Source: Acutalibacteraceae bacterium (GTDB lineage Bacteria > Bacillota > Clostridia > Oscillospirales > Acutalibacteraceae). From it: 64,000 bases of DNA. A program made the position numbers and the translations under genes. Of the stretch, positions 47,845 through 57,401 are shown piece by piece. The notes beneath the pieces are model-generated. The model worked only from the letters and a program-made list of their open reading frames with translations, had not been told where the DNA came from and made no database searches. How positions within the stretch are numbered: position 1 is the first letter of the stretch; every line of letters begins with the position of its first letter. The stretch spans positions 746-64,745 of the forward strand of contig JBJEPE010000033.1 of the NCBI GenBank assembly GCA_051881075.1, in the 5' to 3' direction.

Positions 47845-48966
47845 ATGAATAATAATTTTAAACTTGTAATACCGTGCCTACTCGGAATAGAGGGCGTGCT
47901 TGCCGATGAATTGCGTAGAATGGGCGCACAGAATGTAGAACCCGAAAACGGCAGAGTTGTTTTTGACGGAGATTTTAATATGCTGGCCAGAGCTAATATC
48001 TGCTCACGCTACGGTGAGCGTGTACAAATTCTGCTTGCACGGTTTAAGGCAATGAGCTTTGAAGAGCTTTTTCAGGGGGTAAAGGCAATAGAATGGGAAA
48101 ATTTCATAGGTAAAGATGATAAATTCCCCGTTAAGGGAAGAGCATTAAGCTCTAAGCTTTCCAGTATTCCGGATTGCCAGTCAATAATCAAAAAAGCCGT
48201 TGTTGAACGCCTTAAGAGCAAATACAATATAAACTGGTTTCAAGAAACAGGTTCTTTATATCAGATTCAATTTTTGATTATGAAAGATACGGTAAGTATT
48301 ATGCTTGATGCATCGGGCGCAGGCCTGCACAAGCGTGGCTATAGAGCCGTATCTACGGAAGCACCTATAAAAGAAACTCTTGCCTGTGCAATGGCGGATC
48401 TATCACATATCAGACGTAACAGCTTAGTGTATGATCCCTTCTGCGGCTCAGGTACTATACTTATAGAATCCGCACTTAAAGCAATGAATATTGCTCCCGG
48501 CATACAAAGGACTTTTTCCTCCGAAAACTGGAGTATCATACCACAGAATATATGGCAAGAGGAAAGAGGACTTGCCATAAGCAAAGAGGTCAGGGACTGT
48601 GATTTCTATGCCTATGGATATGATATTGATAAAAACGCAGTAGATATAGCTTACAATAACGCCGTAAAAGCAGGTGTAGCCGATAAAATAAATTTCTCAG
48701 TAAGAGATGTACGTGACTTTGACGAAAGTAGCGAAAAAGGCGCAGTAGTTTGCAATCCACCTTACGGCGAGCGATTGTTGGATATACGTGAAGCGCAAGA
48801 GCTTTATACGATTGTAGGCGAAAAATTTACGCAAAAAAGCGGTTGGAGTTACTCAATAATAAGCCCTGATGATGACTTTGAACAGTTTTTCGGCAGAAAA
48901 GCAGATAAACGCCGTAAATTATACAATGGAATGATAAAGTGTCAGCTTTATATGTACTTTAAGTAA
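47845..48966 (+). CDS. THUMP-domain class I SAM-dependent RNA methyltransferase (RlmL/YpsC-like)
   Basis: An N-terminal THUMP pattern, DPFCGSGT SAM motif I, and NPPYGERL motif IV. Confidence 0.8.
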   Translation: MNNNFKLVIPCLLGIEGVLADELRRMGAQNVEPENGRVVFDGDFNMLARANICSRYGERVQILLARFKAMSFEELFQGVKAIEWENFIGKDDKFPVKGRALSSKLSSIPDCQSIIKKAVVERLKSKYNINWFQETGSLYQIQFLIMKDTVSIMLDASGAGLHKRGYRAVSTEAPIKETLACAMADLSHIRRNSLVYDPFCGSGTILIESALKAMNIAPGIQRTFSSENWSIIPQNIWQEERGLAISKEVRDCDFYAYGYDIDKNAVDIAYNNAVKAGVADKINFSVRDVRDFDESSEKGAVVCNPPYGERLLDIREAQELYTIVGEKFTQKSGWSYSIISPDDDFEQFFGRKADKRRKLYNGMIKCQLYMYFK

Positions 48967-48982
48967 TTTTTTGTAAAATGCC

Positions 48983-49010
48983 TGAAACATTTTGCCGACT
49001 ATAGCTGTAT
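48983..49010 (+). promoter_or_regulatory. ECF-type promoter upstream of the sigma factor gene
   Basis: TGAAACATTTTGC-N9-CTGTAT, 23/28 nt identical to the element at 49691-49718. It resembles SigW-type TGAAAC-N16/17-(C/T)GTAT. Confidence 0.55.
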
Positions 49011-49035
49011 ATTAAGTGAAAGGGGCGAGTAAATA

Positions 49036-49548
49036 ATGGTTCTTTTTTCAGTATCAACATTAAGCGGAAGTTATGAATTTAAAGCCAAGTTTTCCGATAT
49101 CGTAAAAGAATACTCAGATATGGTATATAGAATATGCTACGTTTATTTAAAAAATAAGAGTGATGCGGAGGACGCTTATCAGGACACATTCCTTAAGCTT
49201 TATACATCTTACAATGACTTTGATAATACCGACCATCTGCGTGCATGGCTTATAACCACATCAGGTAACATATGTAAGAATATGCTTGATAAGGCTAAGG
49301 TGCGTACTCATGATGAGCTTAACGAGGAGCTTTGCGGAATGATAGACGACACTATGAAGCGTGATGTAGTATTTGCGGTAATGCAGTTACCTGTTATGTA
49401 CAAGCAAATAGTGTATCTATATTATTATGAGGGTTATTCAACTGCCGAGATAGCACGTATAGAGGACTGTAAAGAGCCAACCGTAAGAACTCGCCTTGCA
49501 AGAGCAAGAGAAATGCTGAAAGCTCAGCTTTCGGAGTATATGGGCTGA
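49036..49548 (+). CDS. ECF-subfamily RNA polymerase sigma factor
   Basis: Region 2 is DAEDAYQDTFLKLY...HLRAWLITTSGNICKNMLD. Region 4 is YYEGYSTAEIARIEDCKEPTVRTRLARAR. Confidence 0.85.
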   Translation: MVLFSVSTLSGSYEFKAKFSDIVKEYSDMVYRICYVYLKNKSDAEDAYQDTFLKLYTSYNDFDNTDHLRAWLITTSGNICKNMLDKAKVRTHDELNEELCGMIDDTMKRDVVFAVMQLPVMYKQIVYLYYYEGYSTAEIARIEDCKEPTVRTRLARAREMLKAQLSEYMG

Positions 49549-49558
49549 TATATAAAAT

Positions 49559-49612
49559 TCCGATCAAATCACTATTCTTTATTCTTAAGAATTTGTTATT
49601 TGATCGGTTTTG
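49559..49612 (+). terminator. Hairpin terminator between the sigma and vWA genes
   Basis: CCGATCAAAT...ATTTGATCGG followed by TTTTGCTTTT. The inner sequence TTCTTAAGAA is a palindrome. Confidence 0.5.
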
Positions 49613-49690
49613 CTTTTATTGGGTATTAATTCGCATCTGATTTTTAAATTATTGGGCTTTATAAAGTTTTTTAAAAATTTTATTTTTTTA

Positions 49691-49718
49691 TGAAACATTT
49701 TGCTGTCATTAACTGTAT
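49691..49718 (+). promoter_or_regulatory. Second copy of the ECF-type promoter, upstream of the vWA gene
   Basis: TGAAACATTTTGC-N9-CTGTAT, ending 60 nt upstream of ATG at 49778. Confidence 0.55.
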
Positions 49719-49777
49719 TCGGTATGAAAGGGTCAAAAAACAAAACTTTTATCACTATTAAACAGGAGGCATAATTT

Positions 49778-51472
49778 ATGGAAAACAACAACTTGAATTT
49801 AAACCCTACGCAAGAACCGGAAGAAAATGTAAATAATCAGATTGCTGCATCTGATGTACAGTCAAATCCGGAACAGCAGACAACAGACAATATTGAGGCT
49901 ACAGAAACACCTGAAGCCCCTACAGACACAGAGGCCACTGCACAGCAGGATGCTATAATAGCCGAGGGTATAAAGGGACTTGATGATATTAAAGCTGACG
50001 AAGCATTACCACAGCAGGTAGAGCAGGCGGTTGATAACCAAGCTTGTCCGGTTCCTCAAGCTGTTACACTTAGTGAGGTTAAGCCTAAGAAGAAGCATAA
50101 AGGTTTAAAAATTGCAATGTCAATAGCCGCTTGCTTTCTTGTACTTTTGTTAGTAGCCGCTCCGATTTTAAAGAACACTTTAAACGGTCTGTTAGAAGGC
50201 ATTAGCGACAAAGCAGTAACTGCCATTAATGGTATAGACTCAAAGGATTTAACAGGCGGTTCCGCTTCTCTTAAAGGTGAACACGGAAAATTCAGTTTAT
50301 CAGAAGAATTTGCTACGGATACATTCGATGGTAGTGCAGAGATAGGCGAAAGCATTATGGACTCAATGGGCACAGATGACGGCAGTGGCCTCTCAGTTCT
50401 TACCCCTATAGAGCCTGAGCCGGACGACCCAGGCAAAGAAATCATAGAAACACCTTCTGCCGGTCAGCTTACAGCAGGCGAATGGAACGATAATAAAAAC
50501 TGGGATTTCTTCTCAAAGGTTATAAAGTCCAATGCTGAGTTTGTAGAGTATCAAAAAAGTTTTTCAATCTATCCGAAAGAACGCCTTGAGGTTATAGTTA
50601 AATCAAGCGGAAATCCGGTAGTGAACGCAACAGTTACAGCTCTAAGTGCAGGCGGTGACGTTCTGTGGGTAGCAGTAACAGATAACGAGGGTACTGCATA
50701 TCTTTTCCCAAGCCTTTTTGACGACAAGGCACAAAATGCAATAAGCAGCATAAATGTAGTGTCAGGTGATAAGCAAAAGAGTGTTAAAGTAGACGGCAAG
50801 AGCAGTATAGAGGTTGATCTTGAATCAGCAAAAAAATATAGCAAGGCGCTTGACCTTATGTTCGTTATAGATACTACAGGCTCTATGACAGATGAGCTTT
50901 ACTACTTACAGTGGGAGCTTAAAAACATAATTGAAACAGTTAAAGAACAAAATTCCAATATACCGGTAAGACTCAGCGTTAATTTCTACCGTGATGAGGG
51001 CGATGATTATGTTGTAAGAGATTATGAATTCAGCACGGATATCGACGAATGCGTTAGCAATCTTATAAAAGAAGAAGCCGAGGGCGGCGGAGACTATGAA
51101 GAAGCAGTTGAGCAGGCTCTTGAAAACGCAATAAACGACCACGATTGGAACAAGGATGCTTACGCAAAGCTTGTATTCTTGGTTCTTGACGCTCCTGCAC
51201 ATGAAACAGACGAAATCACAGAGTCATTACATTCATCTATTGAAAAGGCAGCATCACAGGGCATACGTGTTATTTCTGTAGCAGCCAGCGGCGTAGACAA
51301 GCGCACAGAAATGATGCTTCGCTCATTCGCTGTTGCAACAGGCGGAACATATACATTCCTTACTGATGACAGCGGCATAGGCGGATCTCATATTGAGCCT
51401 ACTATAGGTCAATTCACAGTCCGTCAATTCAACGAATGTATAATTGATGTAATAAACAGTTACTTAAAATAA
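49778..51472 (+). CDS. Single-pass membrane protein with extracytoplasmic vWA domain (candidate ECF-linked sensor/anti-sigma-like)
   Basis: An acidic, low-complexity N-terminus of about 105 aa, then TM helix IAMSIAACFLVLLLVAAPIL. A carboxypeptidase-regulatory-like beta domain follows. The vWA domain has the MIDAS motif DLMFVIDTTGSMTDE plus LVFLVLDAPAH. Confidence 0.7.
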   Translation: MENNNLNLNPTQEPEENVNNQIAASDVQSNPEQQTTDNIEATETPEAPTDTEATAQQDAIIAEGIKGLDDIKADEALPQQVEQAVDNQACPVPQAVTLSEVKPKKKHKGLKIAMSIAACFLVLLLVAAPILKNTLNGLLEGISDKAVTAINGIDSKDLTGGSASLKGEHGKFSLSEEFATDTFDGSAEIGESIMDSMGTDDGSGLSVLTPIEPEPDDPGKEIIETPSAGQLTAGEWNDNKNWDFFSKVIKSNAEFVEYQKSFSIYPKERLEVIVKSSGNPVVNATVTALSAGGDVLWVAVTDNEGTAYLFPSLFDDKAQNAISSINVVSGDKQKSVKVDGKSSIEVDLESAKKYSKALDLMFVIDTTGSMTDELYYLQWELKNIIETVKEQNSNIPVRLSVNFYRDEGDDYVVRDYEFSTDIDECVSNLIKEEAEGGGDYEEAVEQALENAINDHDWNKDAYAKLVFLVLDAPAHETDEITESLHSSIEKAASQGIRVISVAASGVDKRTEMMLRSFAVATGGTYTFLTDDSGIGGSHIEPTIGQFTVRQFNECIIDVINSYLK

Positions 51473-51551
51473 AAAAAATTAAAATAAAAAATATCACCGC
51501 ATAGATTACGAAATGATATAATCCGTGCGGTGATTTTGTGTTTTATAATTA

Positions 51552-53153
51552 TTATTCTGCTGTGCCGAAGTCAAGCAGCTCCAAACCCTTATTATGCTCC
51601 AACGCCCAATTTATGCTCCACAGATTAGTAAACAGTAAGAGGCGATTTCCCCTTAAATCCTGTATTCTCTTAGTATCCGATGCCAAATCAAGCTTTTTAG
51701 GGTCGATATCTGCATTACCTATCCACTTAATGTACTGATACGGTAAGTCAGACCGAACAATGTCAACATTATATTCATTTTTCAGTCTGTACTCAAGCAC
51801 TTCAAACTGAAGAGTGCCTACAACGCCGACTATTACTTCCTCCATACCTGCATCAAGCTCTTGGAATATTTGTATAGCGCCCTCTTGCGCTATCTGATTT
51901 GTGCCTTTGATAAACTGCTTACGTTTCATCGTATCCTTTTGTCTTACAAGTGCAAAATGCTCAGGTGCGAAGGTGGGAATACCCTTGAATTTAATATTTT
52001 TGCCCGGTGAGCAGATAGTATCGCCTATAGAGAATATACCGGGGTCAAATACGCCCATTATATCTCCTGCATAAGCCTCATCTATTACTTCACGCTCCTG
52101 AGCCATTATCTGTTGCGGCTGTGAAAGCTTCATTTTACGGTTGCCCTGTACGTGAAATACCTCCATACCTTTTTCAAACTTACCTGAGCAAATTCTTATG
52201 AAAGCTATTCTGTCCCTGTGCGCCTTGTTCATATTAGCCTGAATTTTAAAAACAAACGCAGAGAAATAGTCCTCAAACGGTGAGATAGTTCCATCCTTGG
52301 TTTCACGTGCAAGCGGTGGAGTGGTAAGATTTAAAAATTCCTCAAGGAACGGCTCAACACCAAAGTTGGTTAAGGCCGAGCCGAAGAATACAGGGGTTAG
52401 CTTTCCACTGTGTACCAAGTCGATGTCAAGAGCATCACCCGCACCGTCCAAAAGGTCTATGTCATCGTGCAGTTCTTTGTAAAACTGTTCACCTATATGC
52501 TCAACTGCTTCAGGGCAATCAAGCTTTATACGTGATTCTTCAACCTCACGTTGACCGTTATTGGCGGTAAACGTAAGTATCTCCTGTGATTTTCTCTCAT
52601 AAACTCCCTTAAACTCTTTACCTGAGCCTATAGGCCAGTTCATCGGGTAAGTATTTATGCCAAGTACATTTTCTATATCCTCCAATAGATCAAACGGGCT
52701 TTTTGCATCTCTATCCATTTTATTTATAAATGTGATTATAGGTATGTGCCTTAATAAGCAGACTTTAAAAAGCTTTATCGTTTGATTTTCAACGCCCTTT
52801 GAAGCGTCTATTACCATTACGGCACAGTCTGCCGCCATAAGGGTACGGTAAGTATCTTCAGAGAAATCTTGGTGTCCCGGTGTGTCAAGGATATTTATGC
52901 AAAATCCGCCGTACTTAAACTGTAATACAGAAGAAGTAACAGAGATACCTCTTTGCTTTTCAATTTCCATCCAGTCAGATACTGCGTGTTTTGCCGTCTT
53001 TTTACCCTTTACAGAGCCTGCCAGGTTTATAGCTCCGCCGTACAGAAGAAGCTTTTCCGTAAGTGTTGTTTTACCTGCATCAGGGTGAGATATTATGGCA
53101 AATGTACGCCGTTTTTCTATTTCGTTTTTCGTTTGCAAGTTACAGTCCTCCAA
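51552..53153 (-). CDS. prfC: Peptide chain release factor 3
   Basis: GTPase motifs AIISHPDAGKTTLTEKLL, DTPGHQDF and NKMD; 533 aa. Confidence 0.93.
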   Translation of the reverse strand: MEDCNLQTKNEIEKRRTFAIISHPDAGKTTLTEKLLLYGGAINLAGSVKGKKTAKHAVSDWMEIEKQRGISVTSSVLQFKYGGFCINILDTPGHQDFSEDTYRTLMAADCAVMVIDASKGVENQTIKLFKVCLLRHIPIITFINKMDRDAKSPFDLLEDIENVLGINTYPMNWPIGSGKEFKGVYERKSQEILTFTANNGQREVEESRIKLDCPEAVEHIGEQFYKELHDDIDLLDGAGDALDIDLVHSGKLTPVFFGSALTNFGVEPFLEEFLNLTTPPLARETKDGTISPFEDYFSAFVFKIQANMNKAHRDRIAFIRICSGKFEKGMEVFHVQGNRKMKLSQPQQIMAQEREVIDEAYAGDIMGVFDPGIFSIGDTICSPGKNIKFKGIPTFAPEHFALVRQKDTMKRKQFIKGTNQIAQEGAIQIFQELDAGMEEVIVGVVGTLQFEVLEYRLKNEYNVDIVRSDLPYQYIKWIGNADIDPKKLDLASDTKRIQDLRGNRLLLFTNLWSINWALEHNKGLELLDFGTAE

Positions 53154-53155
53154 AA

Positions 53156-53437
53156 TCAGTTTTCAAAATCAATTATTTCGCCAACCGATTCAAACTCTCC
53201 GTCAGCTATAGATGACATAGATGCCGTCGGATCATAATTAAGACCGGATCCGTTATCTGATACTACATCTGATGAAACACTGCTGCCACCGTTTGACGAT
53301 GAATCAGCGCTGTTACTCGGCTTACAAAGCACAATTATAAGTATTATAACACAAATTACCACAGCCAGACCGATAGCAGAGAAGATAACGATCTTTTTGT
53401 TCTTCTTGTTTTCTAAAAATTTCTTGATATCAATCAT
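53156..53437 (-). CDS. Small single-pass membrane protein with Ser-rich ectodomain
   Basis: MIDIKKFLENKKNKKIVIFSAIGLAVVICVIILIIVLC... Its stop lies 2 nt before the prfC start. ATG at 53437 follows AAGGA. Confidence 0.5.
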   Translation of the reverse strand: MIDIKKFLENKKNKKIVIFSAIGLAVVICVIILIIVLCKPSNSADSSSNGGSSVSSDVVSDNGSGLNYDPTASMSSIADGEFESVGEIIDFEN

Positions 53438-53827
53438 TTTATACATCCTTTCGCATAATGAATTTGTAACCGAAATTCTGATTTTTTGTGCGTCATTCCA
53501 ATATAATATTTTACTATAAAAAATTATTTTGTCAATGCTCTATGCAAAACTAAATCTTAAAATCAGCAACGTATGATAAGTTATAGCATAACATTTAGAT
53601 AAAATCACATAAAATAACGTGTTTTTTTAAAAAAATTAATTGATACTTGACATATAACTTAATTTAGTGTAAACTTTTAAGTAATTTAAAACTAATAGTA
53701 AAATATCGGGAAAGGAAACAGTGCAAAGATCCCATTTTAAAACTGATATTCAATATATTTTGTGTTTATTAATGCGATGGTTTATTGCATTGTGCCGAGT
53801 ATCAAGTCACATTAAATCGGTAATTTT

Positions 53828-53876
53828 ACATCCGCCGTTGCTTTGTATACTATATGCAACCGTGGATGTTTTTTTA
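53828..53876 (+). terminator. Intrinsic terminator inside the paaK 5' leader (putative attenuator)
   Basis: ACATCCGCCGTTGC, a 14-nt loop, then GCAACCGTGGATGT followed by 7 T. It lies about 60 nt upstream of the paaK start, and the upstream neighbour is divergent. Confidence 0.6.
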
Positions 53877-53937
53877 TATTTACTACAGCGGTATTTATAA
53901 TTTATACCGCAACATTAATTGAAAGGTCGTGATTACG

Positions 53938-55239
53938 ATGGAGAGATACTATCAAAAAGAAATTGAAACCATGCCACGTGATATGCTAAGACAGTTACAA
54001 AGCGAACGCCTTGTTAAACAGATAAAGCGAGTATATGAGAATGTACCGTATTATCGTGCAAAAATGGATGAAAAGGGCGTAACACCCGATGACATACACG
54101 GTGTTGAGGATTTACATAAGCTGCCGTTTTTAAGCAAAAATGATCTTCGTGAGGCATATCCTTACGGATTACTCGCAAAACCTCTCAGCGAGTGTGTACG
54201 CATACAGTCTACATCAGGTACTACAGGCAAAAGAGTAGTTGCCTTTTATACACAGAACGACATAGATTTATGGGAGGACTGCTGCGCACGTGCTATAGTT
54301 GCGGTAGGCGGTACTAAGGATGACGTATGTCAGGTATGTTACGGCTACGGTCTGTTCACAGGCGGTGCAGGATTGAACGGTGGTTCACATAAAGTAGGCT
54401 CTCTCACTCTGCCTATGTCGTCAGGCAATACAGAAAGACAGCTTCAATTTATGGAGGATCTTCAAAGCACTATTCTGTGCTGTACACCGTCATATGCTGC
54501 ATACCTTGCAGAGTCCGCAATAGAGTCAGGTGTAAGAGAAAGAATACACCTTAAGGCAGGCATATTCGGCGCAGAAGCCTGGACGGAAGAAATGCGTGCC
54601 GATATACAGAATAAGCTTGGCATAAAGGCCTACGATATCTACGGTCTTACTGAGCTTTGCGGACCGGGTGTTTCCTTTGAATGTTCACAGCAATCCGGTA
54701 TGCACATAAACGAGGATCATTTCATTGCAGAGATAATAGATCCTGTAACAGAGGAGGTTTTACCCTACGGAGAAAAGGGTGAGCTGGTATTTACGGCTAT
54801 AACAAAAGAAGCTTTCCCGATGATTCGTTACCGTACACGTGATATATGCGTATTAAACACTGAGCCATGTGCCTGCGGACGTACCCATATACGTATGTGC
54901 AAGCCTATGGGACGTTCTGACGATATGCTTATTATCAGAGGCGTAAACGTATTCCCGTCACAGATAGAAACCGTACTGCTTAATTGCGGTTTGCCTGCAA
55001 ACTACCTTATCGAGGTAGACAGAGTAAACAATACGGATACTCTTGACGTAAATGTAGAGATGCCCGCTGAGCTTATCTCAGATACCGTTTCCGCACTTAA
55101 TCAAAAAGAAAAAGAGATAGTCCTTGCACTTAGGTCAATGCTTGGCATTACTGCAAACGTACATCTTGTTGCACCTAAGTCAATACAGCGCAGTGAGGGC
55201 AAGGCTGTCAGAGTTATTGATAAAAGAAAGCTTTATTAA
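53938..55239 (+). CDS. paaK: Phenylacetate--CoA ligase family (PaaK-type aryl/indoleacetate-CoA ligase)
   Basis: MERYYQKEIETM start, the QSTSGTTGK AMP-binding motif, and about 433 aa. Confidence 0.85.
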   Translation: MERYYQKEIETMPRDMLRQLQSERLVKQIKRVYENVPYYRAKMDEKGVTPDDIHGVEDLHKLPFLSKNDLREAYPYGLLAKPLSECVRIQSTSGTTGKRVVAFYTQNDIDLWEDCCARAIVAVGGTKDDVCQVCYGYGLFTGGAGLNGGSHKVGSLTLPMSSGNTERQLQFMEDLQSTILCCTPSYAAYLAESAIESGVRERIHLKAGIFGAEAWTEEMRADIQNKLGIKAYDIYGLTELCGPGVSFECSQQSGMHINEDHFIAEIIDPVTEEVLPYGEKGELVFTAITKEAFPMIRYRTRDICVLNTEPCACGRTHIRMCKPMGRSDDMLIIRGVNVFPSQIETVLLNCGLPANYLIEVDRVNNTDTLDVNVEMPAELISDTVSALNQKEKEIVLALRSMLGITANVHLVAPKSIQRSEGKAVRVIDKRKLY

Positions 55240-55255
55240 TTAAGGAGGAGTACTA

Positions 55256-55657
55256 ATGATTATTGAGCAAATTTCCGTATTTTTAGAGAATAAACCGGGC
55301 GAGTTGTTAAGATTTACTCAGGTACTTGCCGAGAATAAAATAGACCTTCAGGCACTTTCTATTGCTGAATCTGACGACTACGGCATACTCCGTATAATCG
55401 TAGATAAACCAACCGAAACCCTGCGTCTGCTTAGAGAACAAAACCTGCCAAGCTCGGTCGCACGTGTAATAGCGGTAAATGTTCCCGATGAGCCCGGCAG
55501 CCTTACAAACATACTTTCCGTTCTTGCCAACGGCAATATAAACCTTGCATATTCCTACGCTTTTCTTTCAAAGGTAGCCGGAAAAGCGTGTATAGTACTC
55601 AGAGTTGATGATAACGCAGTCGCCGAGAAATTATTGGAAGACGCAGGTATTTTGTAA
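55256..55657 (+). CDS. ACT domain-containing protein (two ACT repeats)
   Basis: 133 aa, the usual partner downstream of PaaK-type ligases in anaerobes. Contains ISVFLENKPGELLRF and VNVPDEPGSLTNIL. Confidence 0.75.
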   Translation: MIIEQISVFLENKPGELLRFTQVLAENKIDLQALSIAESDDYGILRIIVDKPTETLRLLREQNLPSSVARVIAVNVPDEPGSLTNILSVLANGNINLAYSYAFLSKVAGKACIVLRVDDNAVAEKLLEDAGIL

Positions 55658-55705
55658 TATAGACTTAAATTTATTAAGTATAATATTATTCGGGGATAGT
55701 CAATT

Positions 55706-57085
55706 ATGGAACAAGAACAGATAAAAGCACTAATACAAAAGCAACGCAATTTCTTTTTAGGCGGCACGACAATGCCGGTTAAATACAGAAAAAGTGCGCT
55801 GATTAAGTTAAAGAATGCCATAAAACAATACGAGCCGAAAATAATGGAAGCTCTTAAAACTGACCTTGGTAAAAGCGAAGCAGAGTCTTATATGTGTGAG
55901 ATAGGAATGGTCTATGAAGAACTTACATATATGATAAAGCATGTAAAAAAATTTGCAAAAGACAGAAAGGTCAGAACTCCGCTGGCACAGTTTCCCGCTA
56001 AAAGCTTTGTAAGTCCTAAGCCTTACGGTACGGTACTCATTATGAGTCCGTGGAACTATCCGTTTTTATTAACCTTAGGCCCTTTGGTAGACGCTCTTGC
56101 GGCAGGCAATACGGCTGTAGTTAAGCCGAGTGCTTACTCTCCTGTAACATCTGATGTTATAAAAGAGTTGTTATCGGAGTTTTTTGACGAGGAATATATA
56201 GCGGTAGTAACAGGCGGCAGAAAAGAAAACGAATCTTTACTTGAAGAAAGATTTGATTATATAATGTTTACGGGCAGTCCGGCAGTAGGCAAGATAGTAA
56301 TGAATAAAGCATCAAATTACCTGACGCCGGTTACTCTTGAGTTGGGCGGTAAAAGTCCATGTATAGTAGATGAAACATCAGATATCGACTTGGCGGCAAA
56401 GCGAATAGTTTTCGGCAAATTTATAAATTGCGGTCAAACCTGTATAGCGCCTGACTATGTATATTGCGACAAAAAGATTAAAGACGAGCTTGTTAAACAC
56501 ATGGTGAAAGAGATTGAGTTGCAGTTCGGTAAAGAACCGCTCAAAAATACTGATTACGGTAAAATCGTTAATCAAAAGCATTTTGAAAGAATATGCGGTC
56601 TTATCAATGCCGATAAGGTAGTATGCGGCGGTGAAACGCAGGATGAGAGCCTTCGTATAGCACCTACCATAATAGATAATGCGGAATTTACGGATGCCGT
56701 TATGTTAGAAGAAATATTCGGTCCTGTTTTACCGGTACTCACATTTAATGATTTAAATGAAGCTCTTGCACAACTACACACTATGGAGCATCCTCTTGCA
56801 ACATATATTTTCTCAGATGATAAGAACAACGTAAAACTTATCCTTGACAATCATCAGTTCGGCGGCGGATGTATTAACGATACTATTGTACATATAGCCA
56901 GCACCGCTATGGGATTTGGCGGAATAGGTAACAGCGGTATGGGCTCATATCACGGCAAAAAGGGCTTTGACACATTTACGCATTACAGAAGTATTGTAAA
57001 AAAGAGCAACCTTATAGATATGCCTATGCGATATCAGCCTTATACGGATTCAAAGCTAAAACTTATACGCAAATTTATGAAATAA
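55706..57085 (+). CDS. NAD(P)-dependent aldehyde dehydrogenase (ALDH3-like)
   Basis: ELGGKSP and the catalytic Cys context NCGQTCIAPDY, plus EEIFGPVLP. Confidence 0.88.
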   Translation: MEQEQIKALIQKQRNFFLGGTTMPVKYRKSALIKLKNAIKQYEPKIMEALKTDLGKSEAESYMCEIGMVYEELTYMIKHVKKFAKDRKVRTPLAQFPAKSFVSPKPYGTVLIMSPWNYPFLLTLGPLVDALAAGNTAVVKPSAYSPVTSDVIKELLSEFFDEEYIAVVTGGRKENESLLEERFDYIMFTGSPAVGKIVMNKASNYLTPVTLELGGKSPCIVDETSDIDLAAKRIVFGKFINCGQTCIAPDYVYCDKKIKDELVKHMVKEIELQFGKEPLKNTDYGKIVNQKHFERICGLINADKVVCGGETQDESLRIAPTIIDNAEFTDAVMLEEIFGPVLPVLTFNDLNEALAQLHTMEHPLATYIFSDDKNNVKLILDNHQFGGGCINDTIVHIASTAMGFGGIGNSGMGSYHGKKGFDTFTHYRSIVKKSNLIDMPMRYQPYTDSKLKLIRKFMK

Positions 57086-57181
57086 TATTATCACACTTTA
57101 CTGACAACTGAATAGTATGTAATAACAGCATGAAAAAATAGTTTTTTGTCTGTAATTTATACCTTTATCGGCGGTGATTAG

Positions 57182-57325
57182 ATGAGAGCTTGCAGAAATC
57201 CGAACCGAACCGCCACTGCGTTTGCAGCGGGAATTATTTTAGCGTGTTTTTTTCCTAACCGCTTTGTTCTTGTAGTGCTGGCGCTTACGGTAATTGCACT
57301 TGCTAAGTCATGCGTAAGGTGTTAA
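57182..57325 (+). CDS. Candidate 47-aa hydrophobic small protein
   Basis: Below the track's size cutoff. I translated MRACRNPNRTATAFAAGIILACFFPNRFVLVVLALTVIALAKSCVRC. GGCGGTGA lies upstream. There is no homology support. Confidence 0.3.
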   Translation: MRACRNPNRTATAFAAGIILACFFPNRFVLVVLALTVIALAKSCVRC

Positions 57326-57401
57326 TAACTGTCTGCGTCTGATACCACATTATTGCTTATTATGTCGGGTACAAAAATTACATACTACGGGGGTCATACT
57401 T

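Noticed and set aside
49690-49761. 23-aa ORF MKHFAVINCIRYERVKKQNFYHY between the sigma and vWA genes as a possible leader peptide or anti-sigma
   Set aside because: It has no SD. Its first 28 nt coincide with the promoter motif, which also occurs upstream of the sigma gene where no ATG is present. A promoter explains the conservation better.
49585-49791. 68-aa minus-strand ORF in the sigma/vWA intergenic region
   Set aside because: It is an AT-rich intergenic shadow ORF that overlaps the terminator and promoter elements. It has no SD.
53685-53928. T-box riboswitch in the paaK leader
   Set aside because: I could not find the conserved T-box sequence (GGUGGNACCGCG-like), an AGAGA/GA K-turn, or a specifier-loop arrangement. 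It is kept only as an unclassified attenuator.
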